A stretch of 64,000 bases of DNA from Bispira polyomma. Its lineage: Eukaryota. This document shows, in pieces, positions 12,701-25,200 of this stretch. How positions within the stretch are numbered: the stretch's first letter is position 1; each line of letters begins with the position of its first letter. The notes under the pieces are model-generated. The model had not been told where the DNA came from and searched no databases. It was given only the letters and a program-made list of their open reading frames with translations. The stretch is from the NCBI GenBank assembly GCA_965649765.1, contig OZ287749.1, positions 87,544,001 to 87,608,000 of the forward strand, written 5' to 3'. The position numbers and the translations under genes were made by a program.

Positions 12701-13260
12701 CTAGTATGCATTTAAATTAGACACTACAGTTTGTTTAATCACTGTTTTGAAGTAAATTAAATATACATACCCACTTCAACAAAAATGTTGACCTGTAGTT
12801 TGAAGAATCCAGTGGTTTAAATACATGTTCTAACTTCTAACTATGTTCCAGTGAAGTACCAGATGGCTACTATATTTCTACACTGACAGGGCATGATGCA
12901 GAATATGTCAACACTTCATGGTCTTATTCTAATGAAAAAACACTCAAGTATATTCACTGGTTGATTAAAACTTACAGCAATGTTGCCATCCGTAGCAAAG
13001 ACCACAAACTGGTTGCTCACATCCTTCAGAGAGAATATGGAGATGCAGGCTTTCTTATAGTAGATCCAAGTCATCGAGGAAAAGGGCTGGCAAAGCTAGC
13101 ATTGACAGAAGTAACAAGAAATATGTGCCGTAAGGGTGCCATTCTGTTTGTGAATCCAGATAATGAAGTTTCTCTTCAACTGATAAAGAAATGTGGGTTC
13201 AGAAAGCAGATCGATATGACATGGATCAATGTTAAAAAGCCTGACATGAATGAATGCTAA
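6709..13260 (+). CDS. Glycine N-acyltransferase-like protein (GLYAT family, GNAT fold), paralog A2, 276 aa; coding exons 6709-6798, 7269-7385, 11947-12049, 12265-12376, 12852-13260
   Basis: Five GT-AG-bounded exons (90+117+103+112+409 = 831 nt; phases 0,0,1,2) join into an open frame: MRQLCFQELLSF.../INSELKSIIKGQINHKVFVDKYPDFTAAVVI.../SMHHYTCYGKSRDSLKNLLLNVKQLDWDRPLTFC/ASKYFTKAF.../EVPDGYYISTLTGHDAEYVNTSWSYSNE...VDPSHRGKGLA...KCGFRK. VDKYPDF matches GLYAT VDKWPDF; HRGKGLA is GNAT motif A (CoA binding). Confidence 0.88.
6816..7010 (+). repeat. 40-bp minisatellite, ~4 copies, in GLYAT-A2 intron 1
   Basis: ACAAACTTGTAGCTTAATTAGCAAAGTATTGTAACA-like unit at ~6882, 6922 and 6962, plus a degenerate upstream copy. 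Confidence 0.85.
7008..7110 (+). mobile_element. tRNA-derived SINE fragment
   Basis: A-box-like TGGGCTAGTGG and B-box-like GGTTTGAATCCC; no complete cloverleaf. Confidence 0.65.
8090..11345 (-). mobile_element. Degenerate CR1/L2-group LINE (ORF1 + APE endonuclease + start of RT) with internal RT deletion, antisense in GLYAT-A2 intron 2
   Basis: ORF1-like text at 11340-10400 (FSSQEINSAKNLLWEK..RKDSS..LPRFIPEE). ORF2 ATG at 10394 (LGTYNSNG, LLIQEHWL, RGRPFG, IIGGDLNTDF), linker and RT start (IIPIPKDK..NYHAI) to ~8280, then a 3' UTR with AATAAA and a (TAA)n tail near 8090. The segment is absent from paralog A1. Confidence 0.8.
9728..10195 (-). mobile_element. 5'-truncated L2 LINE 3' end nested in the endonuclease of the previous LINE
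   Basis: ORF 9874-10137 ends SFANDAPTLWNSLPQHIRTAPSLYSFRRSLKTYLFNDAFPP, a typical L2 ORF2 C-terminus, then a 3' UTR and (ATT)n tail. The host endonuclease frame continues on both sides. Confidence 0.85.
11433..11882 (+). mobile_element. LINE reverse-transcriptase core fragment flanked by an ~85-bp host duplication
   Basis: LLDASQVFYRVNY, GVRRGGILSPTLFSLYVDDL, GYADDIILL and FNASKC motifs. Flanks 11349-11432 and 11895-11979 are near-identical direct repeats. Confidence 0.85.
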
Positions 13261-13935
13261 ATTGTTTAAAAAAAATGGTGTGTTTAGCATATGAGGCAGT
13301 GTAGTAAAAAGTCAATGTGTTAACTTAGACCAATTAGTTTTGTTTGAGTTAATTATTATTACGTCACAATATTCAATAAAAATATTAAAAACTGCAAATA
13401 ATGCTCCATATGTAGATTGTAAACTCATCTTAGTTTATTATTTTTAAACATTAGTTTGTGTAAGTCTTAACTGGCCGACCTTAATAATCCCGGTATTAGT
13501 TATATAATATTGCATAGGAATGATAGGATCAACATGTGCAGACATATAACTGCCAAACATTTACTTTTCATTCTTATAGAAGCGTTTATCAAATGATGAT
13601 CCTAATTTAGGCATATTTTGGACTTTGAACCTCTATAACTCCACCAGTTTTCAACATTTTTTAAATGTCAGTGGCTCAACTAATAAGTTTGGCATTCATT
13701 TATGATTCCACCAAATATTATGGCCATTGTATGTATAGAAATATTTAATATGTTTATTTTTCCTACTGTGATTGGGCTTAACCCAGTGATCAAACTATGA
13801 TCCTATTTGTGGCCAAGTGACAGTGTGAACTTTTCACTGCTTGCATTTTATATGTTATGACAAAAAAAACACATGTATTCCAAATAATTCTACTATTTAT
13901 TTATACATAACATATTGTATTCAATGGCTGATCTA

Positions 13936-14568
13936 TTTTTTTCATTGTAAATGTTGTAGCCCAACTTACAATTTGGCCAACCTTAAGATGAGCTATAGCG
14001 CAACTTAGGATTATAAGTTTGCCAGCCTATCTTAAGATGAACCACCAGCCCATCTTACTTGCGAATCTTAAGATTGGCCAGGAAAACTAGCAAAACTTGA
14101 GATTGGAACATAATACGCAGGAACATAACATAGAAAAATAGTTTTTAACTTTACAAGTAGCCATCTTGACTTGTAGGGTATGACACTGTAGGGTTTGATT
14201 TATATAGACAACATAAAGTCATAATTACAATTAGCAATTACAATTCAATTTCTTTATTAGACTTTACTACAATTCATAGATTGAATAATCTGTCCCTATT
14301 TAGTGAGATTCCTTGCTGATATGTTGACAGACTCACGAAAAGGGACAAAATGGCTTGCGTATTAAATCTCAAGTTGGGCTAGTTTTCAATCTTAATCCAA
14401 TCTCAAGTTTTGCTAGTTTTCCTGGCCAATCTTAAGATTAGCTAGTAAGATAGGCTGGTGGTCCATCTTAATTTAGGCTGGCAAACTTATAATCCTAAGT
14501 TGGGCTATAGCTCATCTTAAGGTTGGCCAAATTGTAAGTTGGGCTACAACATTTACAATGAAAAAAAA
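13936..14568. mobile_element. Fold-back MITE with ~170-bp inverted arms
   Basis: 13936-14107 is the near-perfect reverse complement of 14396-14568 (CATTGTAAATGTTGTAGCCCAACTTAC...GTAAGTTGGGCTACAACATTTACAATG). Absent from the paralogous flank of A1. Confidence 0.85.
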
Positions 14569-14949
14569 TCAAATGGCCTATATGTCTGAGCTGGTAACAT
14601 GCAGAACAATAAATCTGCATATATACTGAACTTGCACACAAGTTATTTCACACATTCTAATTTAAAATAAATATAGATAACACAAAAAATAAAACCTGTA
14701 TTTCATTTGTGTAGATTTGTTATTTGTAATGCCATCATGTGGCAATCAAGAGTCCAATTTGTGGTATTTTATGAAAAATTCTGTTGACTAATTGCCACTA
14801 TTCGGAATACTTGCCGCCAACTGTGGATAATCTGTTTATTCTTGGACATTTTTTACACATTTCTAAAACATTACAGGTTTAGGGTTTAGCGTGCACCAGT
14901 TAAGTACATTTAAAATAGCTGTCTCGTAAATCATTTCATTTTTCACTGC

Positions 14950-17900
14950 TACCTCCGAGTTATGGTTTAAAAACATCATACCTTTATCATAAACTACTGC
15001 TTGTCTTATCTTACTGTTATTTTGTCTGATTTTATGGTGTCTTTTCAGTATTCCTCACCTAGTTGTTTAACTTTCTGCCATTATTGCTCACATTCCCCGT
15101 TTTACGCATCCGTTTATCTGCGAATTTCGCATTTCCCTTTCCGCTTTGTGACTTTTTCTCACATATTTTTGGTACTACAACTGTTTTTTTACATACAATA
15201 TTTTTACAACTTATTTTCAACTTATTTCTCACATATTTTCGGGATATCTGCTTTCTGATACTGTCTGGCTGTGATTTGTTACTTTCTACTTATTTTTGTT
15301 ACTTTTTCCTTATTCTTGTTACTGTTCCTTGACTTCTGAGATGTGGAAGTTATGTTTCACACTTCTCCCTAGCATGGTTCTGGCCGGTGTCAGATTACAT
15401 AAGCGAAGCGCCAGCTCGCCCTCAAATACCCAATTTTTCAACCAATTTGCACTTGGTCCATCTCTCCTAGCCTCCCTGGATAAGGTGAACACTTTTTTTT
15501 AGCCTTTTAAATTCACATTACCCGCCATCCTAACCCCCGGGTTAATAGTGTTTAGATCCCTCTGCTGACTGCACTCTGCGAGGAGGTCAGCGTAAATTCA
15601 GGCCCCCCAGCATAAATGCTCAAGATTGGTGCATTTAATGCCCGTTCCTTGCGAAATAAGGCACCTGCGGCTATCGACTTAGTCATAGCCCAGGACCTGG
15701 ATATCGCTGTCCTCTCCAAGATGTGGCTCAGCAGTAGAGATACAACATCTTTTTTTAATGATATAACTTCTCCGGGTTATAAATTTGTTCAGTCTCCTAG
15801 GTTGTACAAACGGGTAGCAGGAGTAGGCATCTTTGTGAAAAATGCTTTTTCTTGTGAAATTAAAAAAATTCAGTCCTACTTTTCCTTTGAATCCATCTCA
15901 TGTGAAATTTCCAATGGTTGTCACTTATTCCTGGTGTCCTCGCTTTACCGACCACCCACTCCTTCTCTAGCTACCTTTTCTCAAGAGTTTTCCGAATTCC
16001 TTGAAACCCTAAACCTTCTCCCATTTGAAGCTGTCATCCTTGGTGATTTTAACATCAAGGTAGACATAAAAAATACTGCAACAAAAGATTTCTACAACCT
16101 CCTTAACACTTTTGGGTTCTCACAGTTCATCTCCACTTCAACCCACATCCACAATCACATACTCGATCTGGTAATCGCAAGACCAAATTCAAATCTCATC
16201 AGAGAATCACGGGTAACTGATTGGATTTCGGATCACCTAGCAACCTTGCCTATTTAAATTTACCAATACCTGCCTTACACAAAACTCGTTTAATAAAATA
16301 CAGAAACATCAGAAAAATCAATATGAACAAATTTAGAGACGACATCCTAGAATCAAATCTCATCAGACATCCATGCAAAAATGCTAAAAGCCTTAGCTTA
16401 CAATACAAGCACTGCCTTTCTACCATCCTGGATAAACACGCGTCTTGGGTATCTAAAACCCTTTCCCCCAACAAACCCCCATGAATGGACCAACACCGCC
16501 ATTACAGAGGCAAAAAGATGCAAACGCCAACTTTAGTGTCAATGGCGTCATACTAAATCCTCTTTTGACAGAAGCTGTTACAGTATCGCCACAAATAATT
16601 ACAATAGACTAATATCTGATGCCAAAAAGCAACATTACAACTCTATCATCAGTGAAAATCAGGATAATCCCAAAAGGTTATGAGCCTCCATAAACAAAAT
16701 TCCACATCGAACATCGGAGAAAGTTCTTCCCATAAACCACTGCCTTACTTTCTCAGCCGAAAAATTTGGAAAATTTTTCATAGAAAAATCAGCAACATTC
16801 GTGACGGCTTTCCAACGATGTATCACTTCAGTCCTCCAACCCCAGGATATAAGGTTTCTAACCTGTTTCATTTCAGTACACTGTCAGAGCAGGAAGTTCT
16901 GGAACTCATAAAATCTTCTACGATTAAATCTTGTGAATTAGATCCTATCCTGGCAGTTATTCTAAATCAATGTCTTGACATTCTAGTCACACCCATAACA
17001 AACATTTTAAATTTTTCTCTTCGGGATGATGTTTTTCGCACCTGTTTCAAGGCAGCAAATGTAACTCCCTTGATTAAAAAACAAGGGCTTGAGAAAAACC
17101 AGCTCAAAAACTACAGACCGGTGTCAAACCTCAGCTTCGTCTCAAAAGTCATCGAGAAAGTTGTTGCTAAACAAATTTCTGACCACCTTAATAGACAAAA
17201 CATTGAAAATCGCCACCAATCTGCTTACAGAAAATTCCACTCTTCAGAAAGTGCCCTTTTTTCCATCAGCAATGATATCAATCTTGCACTGGACTGCAAC
17301 AACACAGTGGCCCTCACCCTTCTTGATCTCTCAGCTGCATTCGACACTATTGATCATGTCCTGCTCAGTGACACTCTAAAGCAGTGGTTTGATATAAATG
17401 GCAGTGTCCTTAAAGGGATCAGATCCTACCTTACTCTTAGCTCACAAGGAATTAATTTAGATGATCACCTATCATCTTCCATAAAGCTACCATATGGAGT
17501 ACCCCAGGGATCAGTCCTTGGCGCTCTACTTTTCCCCCTTTATACACATCCTCTTAGCACTGTCATAAATAAACATAATATAAAACACCACATGTATGCA
17601 GATGATACTCACGTCTATTTCTCTCTCAGTCCACAAAATGCAAATATAAACATATACCTACTTGCAGACTGTCTCTCTGATGTCCAGGCGTGGATGAACT
17701 ATTCCAAACTAAAATTTAACCTGGACAAAACAGAATTCATCCTCATAGAAAACAAGAAAAACAGTGAACTCCTAAAATCTTTGTTTCCCATCTGCCTGCT
17801 GGAAAAAGACATACTACCTTCCGAAAATGCCAAAAACCTGGGTGTCACTTTTGATTCAGCTTTTTTGTTAGACATTCATATTGCCAACATCTGTCGCTCC

Positions 17901-18571
17901 TGCTATTACCATATAAGCGACATCAAAAGAATCAGAAACCACATGTTCATGGACACAGCGATAACTGTGGCAAATGCCCTTGTGAGTAGCCGCCTCGACT
18001 ACTGCAACTCTCTTTTTTACGGAGCAAACAAGTCACACATTACAACGCTCCAGTCCATCCAAAACTGCCTATGTAGGGTCATTTTTCGTCTGGGTTGTCA
18101 CACAGACGTTACTCCTTACCTCAAAAAATTGCACTGGCTGCCCATTCATTGTCGTATTTTGTTCAAGATTCACTCTACTACTTTTAAGGCTGTAGTCACT
18201 CAACAGCCCCCTACCTTGCCTCCCTTCTCTCCTTCAGCAACCGTAAGAAAGGCAACAGAGTCTCTGTCTCTTCGGTCAGACCAGTCAGGAAGACGGGATC
18301 CAGAGCGTTTTCCACTGCAGCTCCACTGTTATGGAACAGTCTTCCAATCAACCTCAGATCAGTTGACACACTTATCGGTTTTAGGAAAAAGCTGAAAACC
18401 TAGCTTTTTAACCTTGCCTACCCACCTTAGCTTCCCTTGTGCACGCTCCCACTTCCTTCCTTATGACTTTGCAATTTCCATGGACTTAATGATTAAACCA
18501 GTGATTCTGCTGTTCTGCTTTAGAAGATGTCTAGCATCAATAAAGTGTGTTAAAAATTTATAATAATAATA
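14950..18571 (+). mobile_element. Near full-length L2-clade LINE (APE endonuclease + RT), frameshifted
   Basis: Endonuclease 15616-16257 (FNARSL, YRPP, GDFN, ILDLV, SDH). RT 16680-18395 (NYRPVSNL, LLDLSAAFDTIDH, GVPQGSVLG, YADD, SRLDYCNS, LHWLPI). Ends AYPP, 3' UTR and (TAA)n at ~18560. Several stops and frameshifts. Confidence 0.93.
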
Positions 18572-19169
18572 CTTATACTTGACTCATTCTCCAATTTTTA
18601 GGTGAGCTACGGATTGCAATTCATCTATATTATTGGTATTGATCCTTACTTCATCATCTTATGTGTGACCAGACCTTTATATGGCTTTGAAATACTTTTA
18701 CTTGTGTGATACAAAGCCATCATTGTTGCTATTTTTAGTTGAAAATTTAAAAAAAACAATAATAAGGTGTTATACTGACAATTTAAGATTGGAATTTGTC
18801 GTACATTTTCTTACATCTATAAATCACCAATTAAACCATAAAAAGGGACAATATGAATAAGTGATTGGATCAGTCGGCAAATTACGGGAGCAGTTAATAC
18901 TAAGAATATTTATATAGACTAATTGCAGTTGTCGGTGATTTTTTAGCAATAGTAGCAATTGCTGAACAAAAATTCATGAATGCCAACGAAATTCTATTGC
19001 TACAAATAACATAAACACATATAAAGAATAGCAAATCTGTCATGAATTTATTGAGCGGCTACAAGAATTTTCAACATTGCAAAATGTTTGTAGTAGAGGG
19101 CGAATTTCAATGTTACTGTAGGGATTTCTTATAGTTCACATATCTAGATTCACAACTTCACTGACTAGA

Positions 19170-19670
19170 TCCGACATAGTGTGACCAAGGCATTAAACCA
19201 CTACTCTTATAAGCAACTAAGATGAGAATGTAGTGGCCTATAGGCAGCATCATTAGGTATCTGATGAAGACACAGAACAGACCAACAGACAAAATTTAAA
19301 ATAAAATCTGAAACATCTTTGTATAAACAACCAAATTACCCTAAAACTGTTTTAATAATTTGTTTTTCACATAATTTTATTGTAAAACCTGATAAAAACA
19401 ATTGTATTTTTATAACATTTTATAAAACAAGCAATCAGCGGTGAGATATCTTGAATTAGCTGTATTGAAAAGCTTTGCAACAAAATAGGTCACATGTGGC
19501 AGATGCTAGAGAACAAACCAACTGACAAAAAATAAAAATATAACCTTTTGGCTTAAAATTATAGATAGCTATTGTTTTTCTTTGTATAAACAACCAAATT
19601 ACCCTAAAAACTTTTTCAGTAATTAATTTTACACATAATTTTGCTATAAAACCTCATAAAAACAATTTAC
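19170..19670. repeat. Degenerate Helentron/HINE-like remnant with a ~263-bp-period internal duplication
   Basis: CTAGAT..TGTGACCAAGGCATTAAA is shared with 5336-5370. CTTTGTATAAACAACCAAATTACCCTAAAA occurs at ~19317 and ~19580. Confidence 0.45.
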
Positions 19671-19869
19671 TTTGTGGGTGATAATATAATATTTGATGAA
19701 TTTCCGGAATTCTTCAACATGTATTTGGCCGAATCGGCTTCGAACCTTGTTTTCAAAGGCTGTTCCAAGCGAACTTTCAATATTTTGTAAAAATCGTTGC
19801 AGGAGTAGTAACAGTAATATAAATTAATTTTACCATCACCCACGTCTTATAGTTTTGTTCATCGAAACC

Positions 19870-20765
19870 CAGGACTTCATAAAATATTATCCTACAATCG
19901 CTACTCTTCAAAGATGAAAACTCGATCACAGATCTAGTATCGAACGCATTTTTATTTAATTTTAGGGTAGAATCTTTCATCACAGTCCACACTGACTTAA
20001 TAAAATATTACCTTACAGAATTGAAAACTCCAGCGGCCTACAGTAAGGAACTACCACCTTTCCCACATAGGCATCGACAGGATTCGAACTCACGCCGCCC
20101 AGAGGTGAGAGACCAGTGATTGTGAAGCGCAATGCATGCTAACCACTAGGCCACCGCGGCCCCGTTTTTGTTGAGAGCGACCTACTTTCAAACAGCTGAT
20201 TTTGTAATCAGGAAAGCATGTGGAGTAAACCTTTATTAAATGAAAAAAATTTTTTTTGTATACATCCTCATAATATTGAAGTTCATTTGCAGGCATATTT
20301 TACTACATATTATAAAGCGCACTACAAAAATATAAGCAATCACTTCCAAATCTACCTGATTTCATTTTGCTGCCAGCTGTTATAAGACGGGAGTTCTATC
20401 CAATCAGAAGCAAGATGACAATGCTCTGCCGAGAAGGCGTGCAGTTTTGATTGTGGGTTCAAAAATTAAAGATCAAAGCCAGACTTCATTAAATATTACC
20501 TTGCAAACGCTACTCTTCAGAGATAGAAACTTGTGGCTCTGGCATCGCATCAAACACAGTTTTATTCAATTTTAGGGTAGAATCTTTTGTATTTCAACAA
20601 TTTTGTTACAATCCATCATCGTTGACACAGGCCTGTTTTGTTGGCTGAATTTTACCCACCAAAAGTTCCAAAAGCCGATTACTTCATAAAATATTACGTT
20701 ACAAATGCCACCTTTTCAGAGATAAAAGCTCACCAGTCTGCCATCAATTCAAACGCATTTTAATT
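19870..20765 (+). repeat. Degenerate ~100-bp dispersed direct repeat (3-4 copies)
   Basis: ACTTCATAAAATATTAC..CTACTCTTCA..TTTTAGGGTAGAATCTTT at ~19873 and ~20482, with a partial copy at ~20681. Confidence 0.6.
20025..20163 (-). mobile_element. tRNA-derived SINE, 3'-truncated (same family as 43206-43466)
   Basis: Reverse complement reads GGGGCCGCGGTGGCCTAGTGGTTAG...GAGTTCGAATCC...TGGGAAAGGTGGTAGTTCCTTACTGTA. Confidence 0.85.
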
Positions 20766-22589
20766 TATGGCAATGCTCGGGCTACGTAAAACGTGTTCAA
20801 AGCACGGTAAACTCGGAACACGTTTCTCAATTAAAAATTTGATTAAAGCAAGCGTACTGCCGAATATGATAGAATATCAATAAATAATTAATTACTGTTC
20901 TTTTTTTTTCAATTTACAATTCTAGAGGCTTTTTTGAAACAATGTAACAATAATGCTGATCTGTGAAAATAACTGGGATTATATATAGACAGAGGAGAGA
21001 CGAGAGTGTAATTTACCCACTCTACCAAGCCATGCTACAGCGTGATGTCTACCAACATTAACTTGTGTTTTATACAACAATATGTTTGGTATAATGTATC
21101 CACACGAATCTGGCGTGGTTATACTTAGATGTAACTTCACATAAAACTCATCTAATAAACGTGTACCACAAAATTGTAAGTGATCAACAAATTGTTTTAT
21201 TGGTGAACGTGCCCTGAGTCACTTCGTTTAATATAATATTGGAGGTAAAATCTTTCGTATTTTGACAATTTCATCATAGTCCACGCGTCTGTTTTGTTGG
21301 GTAATTGCAATCCGTAGCTATTCACTTAAAAATTGGGGAATGAGTTAAGTATATTCACAAACAAGGGAGAATAAAAGAACCATTGGTAGAATGCATAAAC
21401 CTGCAACTAAACCTTAGGATTTGTACAGTTGTAGAAAGATGAATATACTAATAGCCAAAGACAGGCACAGTATTCATCCAAATTCACATACGAATTACAA
21501 GGTAATGTTTTAGAATTGTGTACAAAATGTCCAAGAATATCCAGATTTTGCCAGTTGGCGGAAAGTATTTTAGGAATAGTTGCAATTAATCAACAGAAAT
21601 TCAAGAATACTGCCAATATAATTTTTAGAAACATTAATAGTGGCTGCATAACAGTTATTATGATATATTGCTAAAGTCACAGTTTATGCCATTATCGTAT
21701 TAACGAATCACATTAATTGAATTTTACAGATGATCAGTTTATGTTATTATCTTTGATAATGTAACTTTGTTAAAAGATGTAGTAAAATGCTAAATTGAAA
21801 ACTACTATAATTATGAATTCAGGGAATAGTTGTGTTTCTACAAACACAATTAGCAGCCCTATCGCATCCTAATTTTTTAGTACTTTCCTAAAAGTCGTAG
21901 CTGTTATTACACTTTATTATTTCATTTTTTTTCTGTGTGTTTTTCTTACAACACATACTAATAGCATTTAATTTAAATGACAACTTTAACTTAGTGGTAT
22001 GACATTTAGCGGCAAACAGTGGCTATAGTTTCATTGCATCATATTATCTGTTAAATAACAAGTTTTTGCTGCAGCTGTATAATACTTATAAGAAACAACT
22101 ATAAATTAAATAACTATTACAGTGACAAACACTGTGAGTAACAAATTGTTTCAACACTATATGTTGTATAGTTAATATTAGTATAGCTTGTAAGACAGCT
22201 TTAAACTAACATCTATTGTTATTTCTTGCATCACATGTATTGCTGTGTAATAATTATTAACATTAGACAGTTCTCATTAATTGTAATGCTAAATAGCCTT
22301 GAATGCATATTGTAGACTCTCACTGTATATAGCTCTCTTTCTGTCTTTCTTGTGTCATAAATATAAAACTTGCCAGCAAAATATATGTAAATATGTTGAC
22401 ACAAATTCATGAAAAATATAGTAAATGTTGTTGTTATTCACATAAAAAGATCTGCAAACTTTCACTTATCAATTTTCACAATAATGTTTTAAGGAGTACT
22501 GTTATATTTTTGTATGTTTAAACATTGTTGCACATCTGCTAAACATTAAAAATTTAGGTTGTCTGCAAGTGAAATTTAAAATTCAATAT

Positions 22590-23760
22590 GAAGAATATCT
22601 AACATTAAAGTGTTGTCTGCAAATTGTCAAGGGCTTCGTTACTTTAAAAAAAGAGTTGATGTTCTAAAGCACCTGAAAGAAACAAATACCTCTATAGTAT
22701 GTCTGCAGAATATCCACCTCCTGGAAAGCGATATGACCTATTTGAAACAGGTTTGGCACAACTGCTATATTAATGAAACAAAAACCAACTCCAGTGGTGT
22801 CTTAATCTTGCTAAACAATAATTATGAATAGAAGATATCTGAAGTTAACAAGGACAAAGAGAGAAATATTTTGCAATTTCTTATTACATGCGGCACAATA
22901 TTTATGCTCAAAATAAGGATAGTCCAGAATTTTTAGCAAAATCTTGCAATTAGCTAAAATGATGAAGCTGACTATGTAGTAATCTGTGGGGACTTTAGTA
23001 CCTTGTTATGGACCCCATAAAAGATTGGGACAATTATGTCAATATCAATAACCCCTAAGCCAGGGGTAAAGTCATAGACATGTTAAATAAAATAGATTTA
23101 GTGGATATATTTTGCTATTTAAAACCTGATGCTAAACGATTTTCATGAAGAAAAAAAATTCCCATTAAACAAGCAAGACTAGAATACTTTTTAATATCGA
23201 GTTCCATGACTGACATTGTTGAATCATGTGTTATAAAACCGAGCTATAGGTCAGATCATTCTATTGTAAAATTACAGCTAAATACTAGTAATTTCAAAAT
23301 GGCAGTGGCATATGGAAATTTAACAATAGCTATTGGAATAACAAAAAATATTTAAATCTGATCAACACAGTTATTGAGAAAGAGAAATTAAAATATGCTT
23401 TATCTGTTTACAATTTGGACTACTTAAAAATAAATAATAATAAAGTTTTCTATTGACAACAATACTTTCTTAGAAATGTTGTTCTTAAGATTCGAGGTGA
23501 AACAATAAAACTTGCAACAAATTTTAAAAAGGAACAAAATTTGCTTGAGAAACATTTAATGAATGATATAGCCATTCTAGAAAGTAATCCAATCAACCAG
23601 AATAGTACAACTTTATTGGATGACAAATGAACAGAATTGGAAAATATTATAAAATAAAAGATAAAAAGATACATGACTCCTTCTTTTCAAATTAGAAAGT
23701 AAACATTTTACTGAAAAAAAAACAATAAGAAAACTACAAAATAATAGTGGCTCTATTGTT
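22590..23760 (+). mobile_element. L1/Tx1-clade LINE ORF2 5' remnant (APE endonuclease)
   Basis: LSANCQGL, CLQNIH, ICGDF, ARLEYFLIS, YRSDHS and IWKFNNS motifs, broken by many stops. Confidence 0.8.
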
Positions 23761-24420
23761 AAGCATTTAATAAAACTATCCAGGTCAACCATTTTTAGCC
23801 CACCATTGTTGTAGATTTGTATAAGTTTTTTCCTGCTTATTTTATCTGTTTTTTATCCCAAATAAATTTATAAAACATTTTGCCAATCTCTAACTTGGTG
23901 GTGGTATTTGGATTAGGAATAGTTAGGAACAAGTGGTTAAACTTCGACAATGGAGTAGTTTTAATCGCTGCAATTTTACCCAGGGGAATTCAAAAACTTT
24001 TGTGCCAGGGTACTAATACCATATCTATATTTTTTTATAAGGTGGTCGTAGTTTAGTTTAGGTATTTTTCCTCGAGATCTACTGAGAAGGTTATTCCTAA
24101 AGCTTTGAACTTTGTAGATCCCCATTCTGGTGTTGTATCTTGACATAATTTATCTCTAGAGTGTCTTTTCTTCCCGATCCATACCAAAAGTTTTTTTTCT
24201 TTATTTACCTTTAGCCCGGAGTAGTTGCCATATATTTCTAGAACATTCAACGCTGCCCGGAGAGTGTCTTAATTTCCATCTAAAAACCGTAGTATCATCG
24301 GCAAACTGTATTAATTTTATATCTTTGTTATTGTATGCTACACCTTTAATTTTTTTATTCTGTTCGACCAAAACGCATAAAAACTGTGCACATATTATGA
24401 ATAAATAGGGTGCTATGGGA
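23760..24420 (-). mobile_element. L1/Tx1-clade LINE RT remnant
   Basis: Reverse complement gives PIAPYLFII, QFADDTT, SGLKVNKEK and KALGITF. Confidence 0.8.
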
Positions 24421-24879
24421 TGAGAGTTGTGTGTACATTTCTATGTAGGCTGCTGTCTGTGAGTGGCAACCATTTAGAATTTATTTTAATTTAAAACAGA
24501 GGTTGTTTTTTTAGCTTAGAACGATGGCTGATAGTACTTTAAATGCTTTGACTTGGCAGTTGGAACTGTTTCCAAGTGCTGGTATTTAAAGGATCCTTAT
24601 AGTATTTCTAGCTTGTGGTGTCTTTGTCCATTTAATAACAATATGACCACCAGGTGGGGGGGAAGATAATGTCAGCCCTGGCCAGCTGGTAAAGGGGGGA
24701 TTATCTAGTGAAAGAATGATGTATGAGGTTGGAAATTCTGAGAAAAGAAAAGAATGCAAGGAGGCAAGGTGCTTTGTAAACCCGACCCATATACATGATG
24801 TCACAAATGAGAGTGATTTTTTGTAACAATTCTATGTCAATAATTACATTTATTTTATTTTTAAATGGTTTTTGCAGGA

Positions 24880-25200
24880 CCAGGGCCTTCTGGAAACATT
24901 TCAGCCTTGAAAAAGCCACCCTATTGAACTTGGGAATAAATTTTGGAAACCAAGTAAGGTCCTAATTAAATGGCAGTTCTAATTTGATGTTTGATGGACC
25001 TGAGGCAGAACGTAATATGTCCAGCATTCTGTTCAGAAATGCTCTAGACGTCTTAACGCATTTTGAAATGTATAGCAGTGATCCTAACAATGATTCGAGT
25101 TGACATTTTGAGTATGCTTTTGTATTTCTCCATTGTTTTTTATTTCAAGCAGTTTACTTTCCATAATGGAGATTGTAAATTAATGCTACTACTTTTTTCT
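24880..25200 (-). mobile_element. Ngaro/DIRS RT-RNase H remnant
   Basis: SKCQLESLLGSLLYISKCVKTSRAFLNRMLDILR..DLTWF..FIPKFN is homologous to ORF 39863-40225 (QYQSLLGKLLYIHKCV..RIFINRIL..DLQWF..FLQKFN). Confidence 0.8.

Noticed and set aside
15001-15502. Phe/Leu-rich ORFs that look like membrane proteins
   Set aside because: T-rich 5' region of the L2 element; compositional artefact.
20080-20163. tRNA gene (also 7008, ~28520-28600, 43206, 52277, 55185)
   Set aside because: A/B boxes are present but no proper cloverleaf. The sequences continue into SINE bodies, and one copy has a poly(A) tail and a target-site duplication.
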